A stretch of 59,672 nucleotides of DNA, the filler included, from Platydemus manokwari (taxonomy: Eukaryota): the NCBI GenBank assembly GCA_037951405.1. It is 5 parts of 5 records of this genome, joined end to end, with 100 filler letters (N's around TTAATTAATTAA, not from the genome) between each part and the next. Parts side by side here need not be neighbours in the genome. Positions count along the whole stretch, not along the records: positions 26,582 to 39,668 come from JBBMOY011846945.1; positions 39,769 to 48,672 come from JBBMOY011332205.1; 3 more parts are not named here. One strand, 5' to 3'. The position numbers and the translations under genes were made by a program. The notes below the pieces were generated by a model. It did not search any database and was not told where the DNA came from. It saw only the letters and a program-made list of their open reading frames with translations. This document shows, one piece after another, positions 34,001 to 47,124 of this stretch. Positions within the stretch are counted from its first letter, which is position 1; every line of letters starts with the position of its first letter.

Positions 34001-37000
34001 AAAAAACAAAATCCTAAAACTTACACTTTTAATTAATCATTAGTTTTATATTTAATAAATAAAATATTAATAAAGAAATTAAGATTATCATTATTTTATT
34101 CAAATTTTGTATTAAAATGTTAAAAATTAATTATACAAAGAAATCAAATTTTTAAGTATTTAAATAGCTAGCTTTGTTTAAATTATTTGAAGTAGCGCCA
34201 TATTGGTCATTTCTTTGCCTAGATTTTTTTAACAAAGAAGGTAAATTTTTCTTGGATATGATTGAAAGACACGGGTAGTGAGATGTGTTTTATTAATCTC
34301 TATATTCGTGTCTTTCATATTTATTCATGATAGTCTTCAATAATGTTCATTTTATTGAGTTCTACGGTGTTGTGATGTAACGATCATCTATATCACAGCC
34401 CCGCTTGGAACGCTAAAAAATGAATACTCGTCACATGGATATAAGATATTTGTTACAATATAAATTGGAAAGGGTATTAACTTTTTATTTTATACGAATT
34501 TATTATATTATTATTTAGTTTTGGGTGATATTTGGAAATCTAATTTGGCTATTTTTGTATTGACTTGATGTTTATTAAAACGTAATTCAAATTTAATTTC
34601 TATAAAATGTTACTCATTTATATATTATTAAATATGATTTGTATTTACTTGAGTTATTTTAATTACTCAATTATTTTGTAATATATATATATATATCAAA
34701 TGTGTTAATCACAGTTGGATATTATTTTTTGTTATTGGTAATCTTTAATTGCCAGATACAGTCGACTTGTATTTTAGTAAAATAATTTTATTTTGTAATG
34801 CTTTAATTATGCATCAAAATATTTTTCAAGAAATTATGGCAGTACCACGAAATCAGCGAATTTAAGTTTATATTATTGGAATGGATGTTAGTGGCCGTTG
34901 TCAAAACATTGAAGAAATTGCTGTTAAGGAGAATGTAGTTATTTATTTTTAATTGTTGACATTTTTAAATGATGTCTAGAAATATTTAATATATTTTCAT
35001 TTCATAATTTTTATTGTATTAATCTCATTACTTGTTTGTATAATAATAAATACAAGAATTGAAAACTATTTTTATTTGATTATGTTAATGTGATTGACTT
35101 CTTGTTTCAAAATATAACAATGAATCACTAATATTCAATAGAAAGTTTTGGAAAATTATTTATTAAATATACCAGCAATTTCAATAAAGATTAAATAATT
35201 CTTAAAATTAATAACTTTGGTAATACATTTTTTAATTATTGAGATTATTAAAGTGCATAACTCTAATAGGATTTATTAAATACAATCATTTATTTTATGA
35301 ATCACGAATGAGCATGATGCATGCTTAATCCTTTTGAAAACACAACAGATTGAATCAAATATGATAATCTCCTCGTAATTAAATAACCTCTAATGCATTG
35401 TTGCTAAAAAGCATACTTAAAACGTTAGTCACGATGACTGTTCAAAACACTTGTCATAAACTATTTATAGAAACAGGCAGATTATTGGACAGTTGGTGAG
35501 ACTATAAAAATATCTACAACTGTTTTTAATGGCTCTATTTTTTTAAATCAATCTTGAATGAGTTAAACAAAGAAATTTTCTCACAATAAAGTTATAGAAA
35601 TTAAATGATGAAAATTAAATACAACAATCCAATTAAAAGGGAATTTTGAAAAAGAAATAGGTTAAATAAATTGAGAAAAAATCAAATTATTGAAAATAAG
35701 TTAATTTGTTATAAATTAAAGTTATTCAGAAAAATCAATTCACAATTGGTAAGTAAAGCATACTTTAATCTAAAGTGTTTTTCAAGTATTATGTGTATTT
35801 AATATGACGAAATATATGATTATTTTCCAATGGTTTTTTAGAATTTGTGTTTATCAATCTAAAAAATATCGTGTTATCTTGCGAAAATAAATAAAAATGT
35901 ATAGCTTCCCATATCAAATATTTATAGTACTCAAACCCGACAATTCGAAAATCATTTAATAATCCGATAAATTGTATTGCCAATGGAAATCATTATAGAT
36001 AAGTTATCTGACGCCGATCACCTTTAACGAGAAAAAATATTTTAATCCAACCATTATCAAATAATTTTTCCAAACGGTTGATTTGTCCGCTGTAAAAATC
36101 TAAAATCATTATCAAGTGACTTCAATATTGTATAATCTTTTGTGCTAAAAGTGGTGGGAGTTGTAGACTCAAAAATTTAATTTCGACTGTCTCCGTGAAT
36201 GCCTAATCGATCAATTGTACAGAAAATAATACTTGTCATTACGAATATACTTTTTTCTGCTTATTATTTTTCATACTTTATGATAGCATCCAAGGTATTT
36301 GTGTATTTTTGAAGATATATCTCTCAATGATATGAGATTATTCATTTTTAAAATTTTGATAAACCCCTAATTATAAATGTATAATTACACAATTTATTAA
36401 ATATATGTTGTGGTGGGTTGTTTTATGTTAGCCCTTACTGGTTCTAGAGGCCTTTAGTAACTCGTATGAGGCCGAAGTTGTCAGAAAATCGACTGAAATG
36501 TCTAAAGGTTTAAGCTAGGTAACTTGATTGAAACAACAAAGACTGATATTCTACACAGATAATGAGAAGAGTGCTTCAGATAATGAGAGAAATACCCATC
36601 ATCATTAACTCATACGAGGCATGGGAAAAGATAAACACCAACTCGGAGTTGGCAAGATCAAAGATGAAATTCAGACCCATAATACCTGGAAACAGGCCCA
36701 GTTTAAAAAAGGGCTGAGAACAGAGGAACAAGACTTAGGAAAAGAAAAACTGGAGCGGGAATTTAGATGCCGAGGTCAAGATAGATTCAAACCTTGAGAA
36801 CAAGAAAATCTTCAAATTCGTTCGAACTATAGTCCAATGAGTTCCCATCAAATATACAATTCAACTGAACTTTCATTTGTGATTTTGTTCTTTGAAAATT
36901 TATTCTTTGATTTTAACATTTGTCTTTCACCATTGGTGATTTTATAGTTAAATCACATGCAAATTATATGATATTATTTACAATAATTAAGTTAATTAAC

Positions 37001-37937
37001 AAGAATTAAAAATAAATAAAAATAAATAAAGAAAAATGAGAAAGAAAAATTAATATAAAAAATGTCAAATTATTATGATTTAAGAACTTTAAATGATAAA
37101 TTTTAATGCTTACATTTTTAAGCGTGGTGATTGTTTTCCATAATAATCATGATACAAAGTACGCAACATCGACAACTACATAATTCGACGTTAAAAACGA
37201 TCATTTCACACATTGTGGCAATAGAATTAGTGTCGCGAGAGCTATAATTGAGTTAACTAACATCGGTGATCGGAATAAAAATAAAAAATTTAAATTAGAA
37301 AAGCAGAATAAAAAAATAATAAATTTTGTAAAAATTTTCTCAAAATTTAAGATAAGTCGATTAGCTGGCATGATTCACACTGTGGGAAGCACAATAATCT
37401 ATATTTGTCTGAATCCTTGTTTCTAATAATCTCCGTGTTGAGTCCGAATTCAAGAGTTTTTAGTAGGTGCATACTGTTAGATTATTAGCTGACACCGAAT
37501 TGTGAAATTTATAATTTAAATCACAATGATCATCAGTAATAATTAAAAATAGAAAATATCCAACAATAGATGATCACTCAAGGTGGGATCAGCACCCGTA
37601 AGTTGAATGCAGATAGGAAGACAACCACTGGTTGTCCGAAAATCTAGTAAAAATCAAGCAGAATAAGACTTACTAACCAAAAAGACTGGCAGTTGTTGTC
37701 AAAAATGAACTATTTTTCTAATGTCCCTGCACACATTTATTGCGGACTCAATTCTGAATAACCAAGTAATTGATGATTCCAAAAATCGAAGGTTACAAGC
37801 CTAGTTTCTAACTCACGTACTTATCAGTAAGTCTCACAAAGTATCGCAAAAATACAAACAAAATTTGAATTTCAACTGGAACACGTACTAATTAGTATGA
37901 CTCCAAAAATCAATACAATTCCTCAAAGACGCAATCA

Positions 37938-38145
37938 AAACTTGGCTTCCAACTGGTAGTTAACCATCTTTACATCGGTTTTTATCCCGAGATCTATGTG
38001 TATTTTTTGTGTCAAGTTTATATCAAATTTTGATTTGATTTTTACTTTTTCATGTTTCTGTTGGGCTTATAGGTTTTCGTATGTGCGAAATTGGTCAATC
38101 CATGTGCATGTGTTGTTGTGTGGCTTTGTTCCTTTTTTCCATTTT
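37938..38145. repeat. Dispersed repeat copy B (decayed coding-like on the minus strand, probably a mobile-element remnant)
   Basis: Homologous to 8672-8875. One minus frame reads ALKWKKGTKPHNNTCTWIDQFRTYENL*AQQKHEKVKIKSKFDINLTQKIHIDLGIKTDVKMVNYQLEAKF* with one internal stop. Confidence 0.65.
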
Positions 38146-39668
38146 AATGCCTAGTACCTACTTTTTTTTATTTTTGAATCTGATAAATTTTTATTTCACT
38201 CGATTCACTTATTTGTTATTTTGTTATTATTGTTGGATTTTAGGACTGACACATTTGATCTAACAACTGAGTTTGATTAAGGCTAATCTGATGTAAAATC
38301 AAATTTACCCTTTGAATAAATCAGTTTATTTAATGAATAAATGAAAAGATAAGAATTTTTGTAGAATAATCCGCTATTTTATCAAAATAACAATACAACA
38401 TCTCTATATTTTATAAAATTTGAAATAATGATAAATTAATTTAATTCTGGACAAGCACTATTTATGTCACAATTGTTCACACAAATAATTCAGTATAAAT
38501 GATTTTATGGTTTGGAGTATAAAATTTGATTTGACGAATTTTCGGATATATATGACAATATTTTAGATTCATAGATTTTAAAATACGATGTTCAAACAAT
38601 GAATTCTCAATTCCTCACTTTTGAGTTTCTCTCTTTATTGTAGAGTATTCAATATTACCAGTATTTTCTTAATCAATTTTTGTGGATTCTTTTCAATTTG
38701 CTGCTTTCGTTTCTTAACAATCGAATTACTAGATTCAGCTTTTTTCTTCACAAAATTCTTAAATTAAGTTTTTTGGTTGAGTCTTTTAACAGCGAAAAGT
38801 TCTAATATTTCAAACCTATTTATGCTATTTTAGAAGTGAAAATTCCATATAAGAAGTTTAGAAAGGTTTTATTTTTCCACTTTGATTTAAAAATTAATTT
38901 TATTTTCATCAAAAATTAATTCTATTTATTTTTAAATTTTTGATATAAATAATTTAAATTAAATATTCCACTATACTTATTTTATTAAATTCTATAATTT
39001 TAGAATTTCTGTAAATTTTTAGATAATCAAAATGAATTAGTTTTTGAAATTCTATAGTTAATTGCTATGGTGATTTTTTGAAATTATTTTATTGGATTAT
39101 TTAAACAATTCTATTTTTTGTAGATGATTTTTCTATTATTATGTTAGGTGCTTTATTAATTATTTTGTGATGCACGAATATTAATTTTCATTATTAACAA
39201 AATAATTGTTAAAAAATACTATTGGCCTAATACGTATATACTTAAAACAAGGAAGAACTTGGGATATACAAAATATTGGAAACTGATTAGAGACATATAA
39301 AACTAATTGTTAAATCAAAATTAAATAGTCAAAAATTAAATAAAATTAAATAAATTAAAAAATCGTCGAAGCCCACACCCCTGTGGAGCCCTCACCATCT
39401 TGAGGAACTGATTGTCTCTTCGAGGATTGTCGGCTTTAGTTTGATTCTTTAGATTTTTTCGTTTCGGATAAAATTTTTCTGGATTGGTTCAATTGCCCTC
39501 ATTATTCAATTCTATCCTTTCTGTTTTGTCTTAAGTGCTAATGGCTGGGGAGCCTTCCCTAAATAATAATAATTATTATTATATTCTTTACATTGGGTCT
39601 ATAACTTAATAACCGGAATTTGACACCAGATGTAAACACTTGTGTGTGTGCTGTAGCAAATCATTAAC

Positions 39669-39768
39669 NNNNNNNNNNNNNNNNNNNNNNNNNNNNNNNN
39701 NNNNNNNNNNNNTTAATTAATTAANNNNNNNNNNNNNNNNNNNNNNNNNNNNNNNNNNNNNNNNNNNN
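39669..39768. other. Artificial contig linker (44 N + TTAATTAATTAA + 44 N)
   Basis: Identical to the other three linkers. Confidence 0.97.
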
Positions 39769-39926
39769 ATTATATATCGAAATTGTTTATCTTCATAAGG
39801 TTTTCTTTTTCAACTTATACTGACAATCAAAATAATAAGCATTTTTTATTAAAGTTATACTAAATATAATCTGTGTTATTTATATGTTTTCAATAAAGGC
39901 TACAGACAAATAAATGATATGCAAAA

Positions 39927-41582
39927 TTATGATTTTAAAATTAAATTCTTACATTTTGAATTAATGGCTTCTGATAATCGTTCTGAATAGTTTTTAGAAT
40001 TTACATTAATAAACTTATAACAAACTGATTCAATGTTATGTTTTCTTTGATTGAAACCATCTTCATACTCATTTGATGAATGAATTTCATTTGGAAAAGG
40101 GTTATAAATTGGGAAATTATTTTCTTTTTCAATTTCATATGCAATACAATTTGACAGTTTGTTTTCTTTATTATAATTAGTGGCATTCTTTTGAGAGTCC
40201 AAATTTATCGAAAAAGTATGTAATTCAGGTTCCATAACATATATTTCAATCGGTGTCATGGGGCTTGAATGATCTAAATAGATTTTCTCTATATGATGTT
40301 TTGTTTTACTATTTTGAATAAGTTCTTCTCTATATCCTTTATCATTGAAGGCCTTTCGTGACTTATCTTCTATCTGTAGATTTGAATATGGAGTATTTTT
40401 CGCAAAACCATTCTTACTGATTGCACCGTTGTTTAATTTTTTCAAACCCTTTATTTTAGACTTCACTTTCATACTCTGAAATTGACAATTCTGGTTTGGT
40501 ATGAATTTTAATAAATATTCCACTTTATTTACTTTATTTTCAATGGTTTTCAATTTACTCTTTATTAATTCTATTGACTTTAATGATAGACAGCTAGACA
40601 AATTTCTTTCGGAAGACAAAAATAATTGAGAATAATCGGATAAAATAAGACGTGATGGATTTCGAATGATTTGATTGAAATTATAAAATGATCTATTAAT
40701 GGAATTTACAATTGGTGTTATTGTTTTGATTTTTAAATCATTTTTTGATTGTCTTATTTCAATGTCTCCTAGGGGTTTTTTATAAGCTTCTTGCAATTCT
40801 GAGTAATCAACTGTTTGATGGTGGATATTAAAATCAAATAATGCACTAGTGAAATCGTATTCTTTTGAATTTGGATCATTGAATGAATCATCAGAACCAT
40901 TAAAGTTCAAAGATTCGTTGAATTCTAGTGAGTGAAAATAAATTCTATAGCCTTGTTGGAATTTATTAGATGCAACAATCTTGAAGTTTGAACTACTGAT
41001 TGAAAGAGTTTTCTGTTCAATATTTTCATGGAGATTATTTTCATCACTCACTAGAACAGCTTTATTGTGGAAAAGATCTTCAAATGTTAATGGGTAGGTT
41101 TGTAAAGTATTATTATCTTTATTAAAATCTTCAGAATTTGAATCATGACTTAGGTTACAATGGAATAATTTCCTTTCTTTTATATTTAAATCAAAACGTT
41201 TAATTTGAAATAATTCATTTTCAACTGGTCTATCTTTAGAATGTGTGAGGTGATCAACTACATTTTCGTCGATGAATTGTTTTCCATTAACCTGATATTC
41301 TAATTTTAGATTGCCTAATTCACGTTGTTGCTCTTTAGATTTCTGATGCATCAGGTCCTCGACATGGTTCTCTCCGATTTTTACAAGCTTCTTCAGATAA
41401 ATATCCATTAATTTTAAACTGTTCAAATATTTTTCTGTCAGTTCAACATTTTCTGTTTGGGTGTGTTCTGATAATTCCGTTTTATTAGGCATGATATTCT
41501 CTAATATAAAGTCCATAAAACAAAAGTTTTTTGAACTAAATTTGGAGAACATCGTGTCTGATTGTATTTGATTGTTAGACAA
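39927..41582 (-). CDS. Uncharacterised N/S/K/E-rich protein; single exon or terminal exon
   Basis: 1.65-kb stop-free frame in very AT-rich DNA. First in-frame ATG at 41552, or a possible acceptor (TTTAG) opening an exon at 41602. AATAAA lies about 80 nt past the stop. No recognisable domain. Confidence 0.65.
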   Translation of the reverse strand: MSNNQIQSDTMFSKFSSKNFCFMDFILENIMPNKTELSEHTQTENVELTEKYLNSLKLMDIYLKKLVKIGENHVEDLMHQKSKEQQRELGNLKLEYQVNGKQFIDENVVDHLTHSKDRPVENELFQIKRFDLNIKERKLFHCNLSHDSNSEDFNKDNNTLQTYPLTFEDLFHNKAVLVSDENNLHENIEQKTLSISSSNFKIVASNKFQQGYRIYFHSLEFNESLNFNGSDDSFNDPNSKEYDFTSALFDFNIHHQTVDYSELQEAYKKPLGDIEIRQSKNDLKIKTITPIVNSINRSFYNFNQIIRNPSRLILSDYSQLFLSSERNLSSCLSLKSIELIKSKLKTIENKVNKVEYLLKFIPNQNCQFQSMKVKSKIKGLKKLNNGAISKNGFAKNTPYSNLQIEDKSRKAFNDKGYREELIQNSKTKHHIEKIYLDHSSPMTPIEIYVMEPELHTFSINLDSQKNATNYNKENKLSNCIAYEIEKENNFPIYNPFPNEIHSSNEYEDGFNQRKHNIESVCYKFINVNSKNYSERLSEAINSKCKNLILKS

Positions 41583-41644
41583 AATACAGTTAATATATAA
41601 AACTAAATTTTAATCAATGAACTATCGACAGAAGTAAAATTTAT

Positions 41645-43051
41645 GACTTTATATCGTATCTATTATCTCTTTTGTCCAATATTGTTCCAGATGTTCTTAC
41701 TGTTCCTTATAACCCTATCATACCTTGATGAAATTTTCGCTTATATTATATTCTCTGAATGTATTCACTGTTATTTGGCTTTCAAATCTCCTATTCTATA
41801 TCTTTTACGGGAATCTATTCTCAAGAAATGCTCGTTACCCTTACAGGTCTTTATCATGTTGCCATTCTCGACTTCTGCCTACACCAACTTCTGTTTTTGC
41901 TACCACCAATCCAGACTCTTTGCATTGTTTTCCTTCTAAAATTGCTGGAACACTTTCAACATGGTTTTCTAAATTTATTCCTCTGATATCCGTGTAATAT
42001 AGTTTGTCTTTCCTAATTTCTCTTTAAGATTCATTGCAAAAACTTAGAATCGCGTTAAATAAGAATGAACAACTGAGCAAACAATAATTGCTGAATGAGT
42101 TCCCAAATATAAATTAGGCTAAAATCACTTGTCAATATCATTTAAAGTATGAGAAATAATCTTGAAGAATGCATCGGGTTTAATAGATTGCTATCAGAAT
42201 GAGATTCAATAACCTTCATTAAATTTAAACTTTAGCTTATCAGAATGAATACTTAAAAACCTATAAGTGTAATTTAGGTGTCCGTCTTTTGGTAACCGAA
42301 GAGTGACATTATTTCATCATTTCCAGTGCTACTTTGATATTTTATTCGTGTTCGTTATTCATCTGAATTCAAAATAGGATAATTTTAAAATTGCTTTCAT
42401 TGATTTACTGGAAAGCTCATTATTAATTGGTTGTACAGTAATAATTCCATTCTAAACTATATCTAATGCTTTAAGCATCTGGCATTTTATTTTAATATTA
42501 TTATTGTTCGATCATTTTCCGATCTTTCAAATAAAAATACAAGAGTTAATTACATTTAATCATGTTTGTATAAATTCAATCAAATCGCTTATAATGTTAA
42601 TGCAAATTTTTGCATTCAATCAACAGAATATCAATAAAAATTCATACATTTCATCAATATATTAATACTATTATTTTTCTTGAAATAAAAACCATGTGAA
42701 TTGGTATTGATTGAATACAATCGATAATATTGTTGAGAGACAACCCCAAGGATACTTAAATATATATTAATTTTTGGGATGTATTATTTTTTTTTATTAT
42801 TATTATTCACGACACCTTTCAGTAATTTCTGAGTAATATCGGTAATTCAGTAATATCGGTACTCTGGAGTTCTAAACACCCACAGGTAATCACGAACCTA
42901 ATATCTTTCTGGACTAGATTCCCTTTTATAATTTAGACATGAGCTTTTGTTCCAATTTGATCACTATCGTCTATTTCAATATGACCTTAACTTTATATCG
43001 TATCTATTAACTCTTTTGTCAAATATTGTTCCAGATTGCTCTTACTGTTCC
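41645..43051. repeat. Two copies of an ~62-bp dispersed repeat (about 41646-41707 and 42990-43051)
   Basis: actttatatcgtatctatta-ctcttttgtc-aatattgttccagat-g-tcttactgttcct in both. The first copy adjoins a stop-riddled, coding-like stretch (41710-42000). Confidence 0.75.
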
Positions 43052-43295
43052 TAATTTTCTTCTCGTTCAACTCTAACCTACGTATGGAGACGGGATGAGC
43101 CTTTAATTGATTTTAGATTATTTATCCAACTTTTAAACATTAAATGCATCAAATGCGTCAAGCAAAGATTAGACAAAATAAGGTAGATTTACACAAGTTT
43201 CCTTAATCGAAAACTCATTGAGACTCATTAGAATAATAATGATATCAAAGAGAAATAAGATTAATAAAACAATAGATTAAAAAGGCTCTAACGTA

Positions 43296-43328
<33 letters not shown>
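43296..43328. repeat. Compound (CA)n(TA)n microsatellite upstream of GATM
   Basis: Directly visible. Confidence 0.9.
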
Positions 43329-43589
43329 CTTCCTGAACCACAGGATATTATAGAAAAAATATAAAATACCTAATTACAGGACTTCGGGTAAATTTATATT
43401 CTATGAGATAAATGTATATCATATTCTTTGTTGATGATAATTTCAAATCAAGAACAAATACCAGGACTACAAAGTACTAGTGTAACTAGTATTATTATAC
43501 ATCAATATTAATAAATAATTTTATTTCAGTCTAAACACAGAATGAATAAACATATACAACGATATTAATGAATCAAAGTTTATTACAGA

Positions 43590-46224
43590 ATGATTCCTAA
43601 ACTGATATGTCGAAAACTTCATAAAACTGTTTCAACTTCGATTGTCAGAACTTGGAATGAATGGGATCCTTTGGAGGAGATCATAGTTGGCATTCCGGAC
43701 AAGGCGGCAGTTCCTCCACTCTCTATTGAGAGTAAGGTATAATAAATTCTTATTGCCTAGACGCTTTGAGATATGTAAATTTAAATTTTCTCAAATAACC
43801 AATATTTACTGAAGATGAAATAAATTATTTGAAATTCTTTTATATATTTGAACAATGCGCGGTATAATAGATGAAAAATTAATTGATGTTTCCAAATGAT
43901 TTTTTTAATAGCTTTTATTAAACTAAATTTTATTTTATAATTAAGGAATACAGAGTGTAATTTAATAAGTTAGATTCGATTTTTATTACTCCAATGAAAA
44001 CAATGATTTTAATTTAAAATATTTTCTGTCAATTAGCTCTGTATAAGTCCAGATATGTGGGATTTCTATGCAAAAAATGGTGGAAAACTTTGGTCAGATG
44101 CATTAGGAAATCGATTTTGGTCAAATGTTATTGATGAACAAAAAGAATTTGTGAACGCTCTTCGAAATGAAGGAGTCAAAGTAGTACTTCCTGAAGCACA
44201 GGATTTCATAGAAAAATATAAAATACCTAATTACGAGACTTCGGGTAATTTTATGTTTTATAAGATAAAAAATTAAAATTCATTAATAATAGTTTTCAAA
44301 TAAAATTTTGTTAGTCCTATCAAATTAAATATAAATATTTAAATATTAACTTTTTTTATTTGTTGATTAGGAATGTATTGCGCAATGCCTCGTGATCTAA
44401 TCCTGATAATAGGAGATGAAATTATTGAAGCACCAATGACCTGGAGATCTCGATATTTTGAAGTTAATTCTTATCGAAAATTGATACAGGAATACTGGAA
44501 GAATGGAGCATCATGGGTTGCTTGCCCAAAGCCAACGTTTAAAAATTTGTTTGAAAATGTATTGTATATTATATTAATATTAACAATAATAATATTAAAA
44601 TATATAAATTAGAATTAAAAAATATTCATTTGAAAATAACTATTTAAATAATATTAATATTGATTAAATTATATTACTTCATATCTGCTGAGCTTTGAAA
44701 TTTTAATGTAGGCAATCAAAAAAGAAAATATAACTTAAACATAGATTTTTCTAAATTTAATTAATATTTTAGTCGTTCAATTATTGAGTGGCATTTTTAG
44801 AGCCATGCAAGTGAAGTTTGCATTTCAACAAATACGAATTTATTTACAGCATTATTTTTTATCAAGGATGCAAAACCCGGCAGTAAAATTCCATTTGTTA
44901 CTAATGAAAGTGAACCAACATTTGATGCGGCTGATTTTATAAGAGCAGGGAGAGATGTATTTGTTCAAAGAAGTCAGGTATAAATTGTATTTATAATTTG
45001 AGTTATTTATTTCCAAGAAACTTTACTAAAATAATTTAAATTTAAATAAAATGTATAAATGGAAAAACAGGATATATATATAGGTGTTTTTTCAAGAAAA
45101 ATTAGTGGGTCGAAATATTGATTAATCTTGTAGTAGCTGAATATAATATTATTTGTAGCGCAATATAACAATTGAATCTTATCAGTAGAAATTTATTAAG
45201 ACTAATTTCATTAAGCGGGATTTGGTTAATTTGTCGATGACGAGAACAAAATTAACTTAATCGTATTTCCATAAAATATGTAGACAGTGATTTTAAATAA
45301 GAATCTTCAGAGTTAAAAAGATTTTATTTTAATAAAATTTAATTTCAAAATTGTAAATTCAAATCAAAAGGAATGCATTGAATATGAATTTGATACAATT
45401 ATTTCTCTTCAGACTAAAAAAGTTTTGAAATACCTTGTTATTCATTAATCTTGTACAAAACATACTGTAAAGCATGGCAAAATATGGATGAAAAACTTAA
45501 AAAATAGATTAATAAAAACTTATTCTAATTAAATACCGCAAATTTAGTTTGCAAATTAAATTATAAGTTCTAAAGATTTTCATTTAGGTGACCAATGAAC
45601 TGGGAATTAAATGGGTCAAAAATCATCTGAGAACCAAGGGTATTCGAGTTACAAGATTAACTTTCAATGATCCTAGGCCAATGCATATTGATGCCACATT
45701 TGTCCCATTGAAACCCGGGATAATATTAAGTAATCCTGATAGAATTTGTCATCAGTTACAACATATGATTGATGCTGGATGGAAATCAGTCACTGGCGTT
45801 TGTCGAAAACATAATTCTAGTTAAATTTTTATTTTTTTTAAATTTTAATATTAATAAGTATATTTTTTTTTAAATTGGAGAAACTCAGTTAATTAATCAA
45901 ATTATAAGTTTATATATATATATTGGAAAAATGGTAACAAATTATTTAGATCATCCGTACTATCTTGCATCTCCATGGATAGCAATGAATGTCTTGATGA
46001 TAAGTGAGGATAAAGTCATAGTTGAAGCCGAAGATACTGGGATGATTAAATTATTCGAGAGTTTAAATATCAAACCTATTCCTGTTAAATTTCGTCATTG
46101 CAATTCAATTGGAGGAGGATTTCATTGCTGGAGTTCAGATATTAGGCGTAGAGGAGAGCTTAAGTCGTACTTTGATTGGAAGCCTGGGTTTTATGCGGAA
46201 TGTCATAATGAAGATGTTGAATAA
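43590..46224 (+). CDS. GATM: L-arginine:glycine amidinotransferase (AGAT) homologue. Exons: 43590-43736, 44037-44244, 44371-44558, 44867-44977, 45588-45819, 45950-46224
   Basis: [22 protein letters not shown] and [14 protein letters not shown] motifs. Catalytic triad in FDAADF (Asp), PMHIDAT (His) and GGGFHCW (Cys). The N-terminus [20 protein letters not shown] is basic with no acidic residues and resembles a mitochondrial presequence. Junctions are GT-AG and frame-consistent. Confidence 0.95.
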
Positions 46225-47066
46225 GAAAATACTATCAATAATAGTTAAAATAAATATATAAATATATAAGTGTCTCTATTTATTAGTGTAAATAAAGACT
46301 TAATATTGAAATAATATTTTGTTAGTTTCGAAATATATTTTTGTTATATTTTTGTACCTGTGCTGTGTCTAAGATAAGATTTGATAATCAACTAATCCAC
46401 TCAAATCAATTGAAAATAATCTAACAATAATTTAAGATATCTATATATAAAGTGTGTGCTTTTGAGTAATCTACTTACTCTCACTCTATGAGAATCTTGT
46501 GTTTAATCTTTAACTTGTTGGAGAATTTTACATAAAAAATCGAACACTTCTCTTCATGAAAATTTTTATTATTATTTATTTTTGATGTCATGGTACAAAG
46601 ACAATATTTTAGTATCAATGAATAATGTATGAAATTTTATAATCCTTGGTAATACTTTTAATATATCTTTTATGGAAAACCTTTATAGTTTAGTTAAAAT
46701 TTTAAATAATAATAATTATTATTATATAATAATTGTCGATAAATTTTTAAGAGAGAAACCAATTTAATTAAACCCTTGTTAATAAAATATCAATACGTAT
46801 AAAAAAACCATGATAAATAGGAATTTACCAAACACCTAAAATAATCGATTCATAAAATATGTTATGAATAAAATAAAAGATAAATAACAATTAATAAATT
46901 GTACCCAAGAATTAGAAGCCCACTGTGAAAAAATATATCTATGGTAAATTTCACAATATCGACCCGGATTAATTTGAGAAATTCCATTGTAATAACACAA
47001 TACACCCGTTTTTAATGGAAATTTATCCCGAATTAACATTTATACAAATAGACTCACACGAATAGA

Positions 47067-47124
47067 CTCACGAATTTCGATTTCATGAAGCCTTTTGGAA
47101 GCCCATGAAATCGAAATTCGTGAG
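47067..47124. repeat. Perfect 21-bp inverted repeat with a 16-nt spacer (58-nt hairpin)
   Basis: CTCACGAATTTCGATTTCATG (47067-47087) and CATGAAATCGAAATTCGTGAG (47104-47124). Confidence 0.9.

Noticed and set aside
31440-37700. Several coding-looking patches (31480-31750, 32760-33000, 33200-33770, 35800-36250, 36540-36830)
   Set aside because: All frames are interrupted by stops and no motif could be identified. They may be decayed TEs or pseudogenes, but a call cannot be supported without a homology search.
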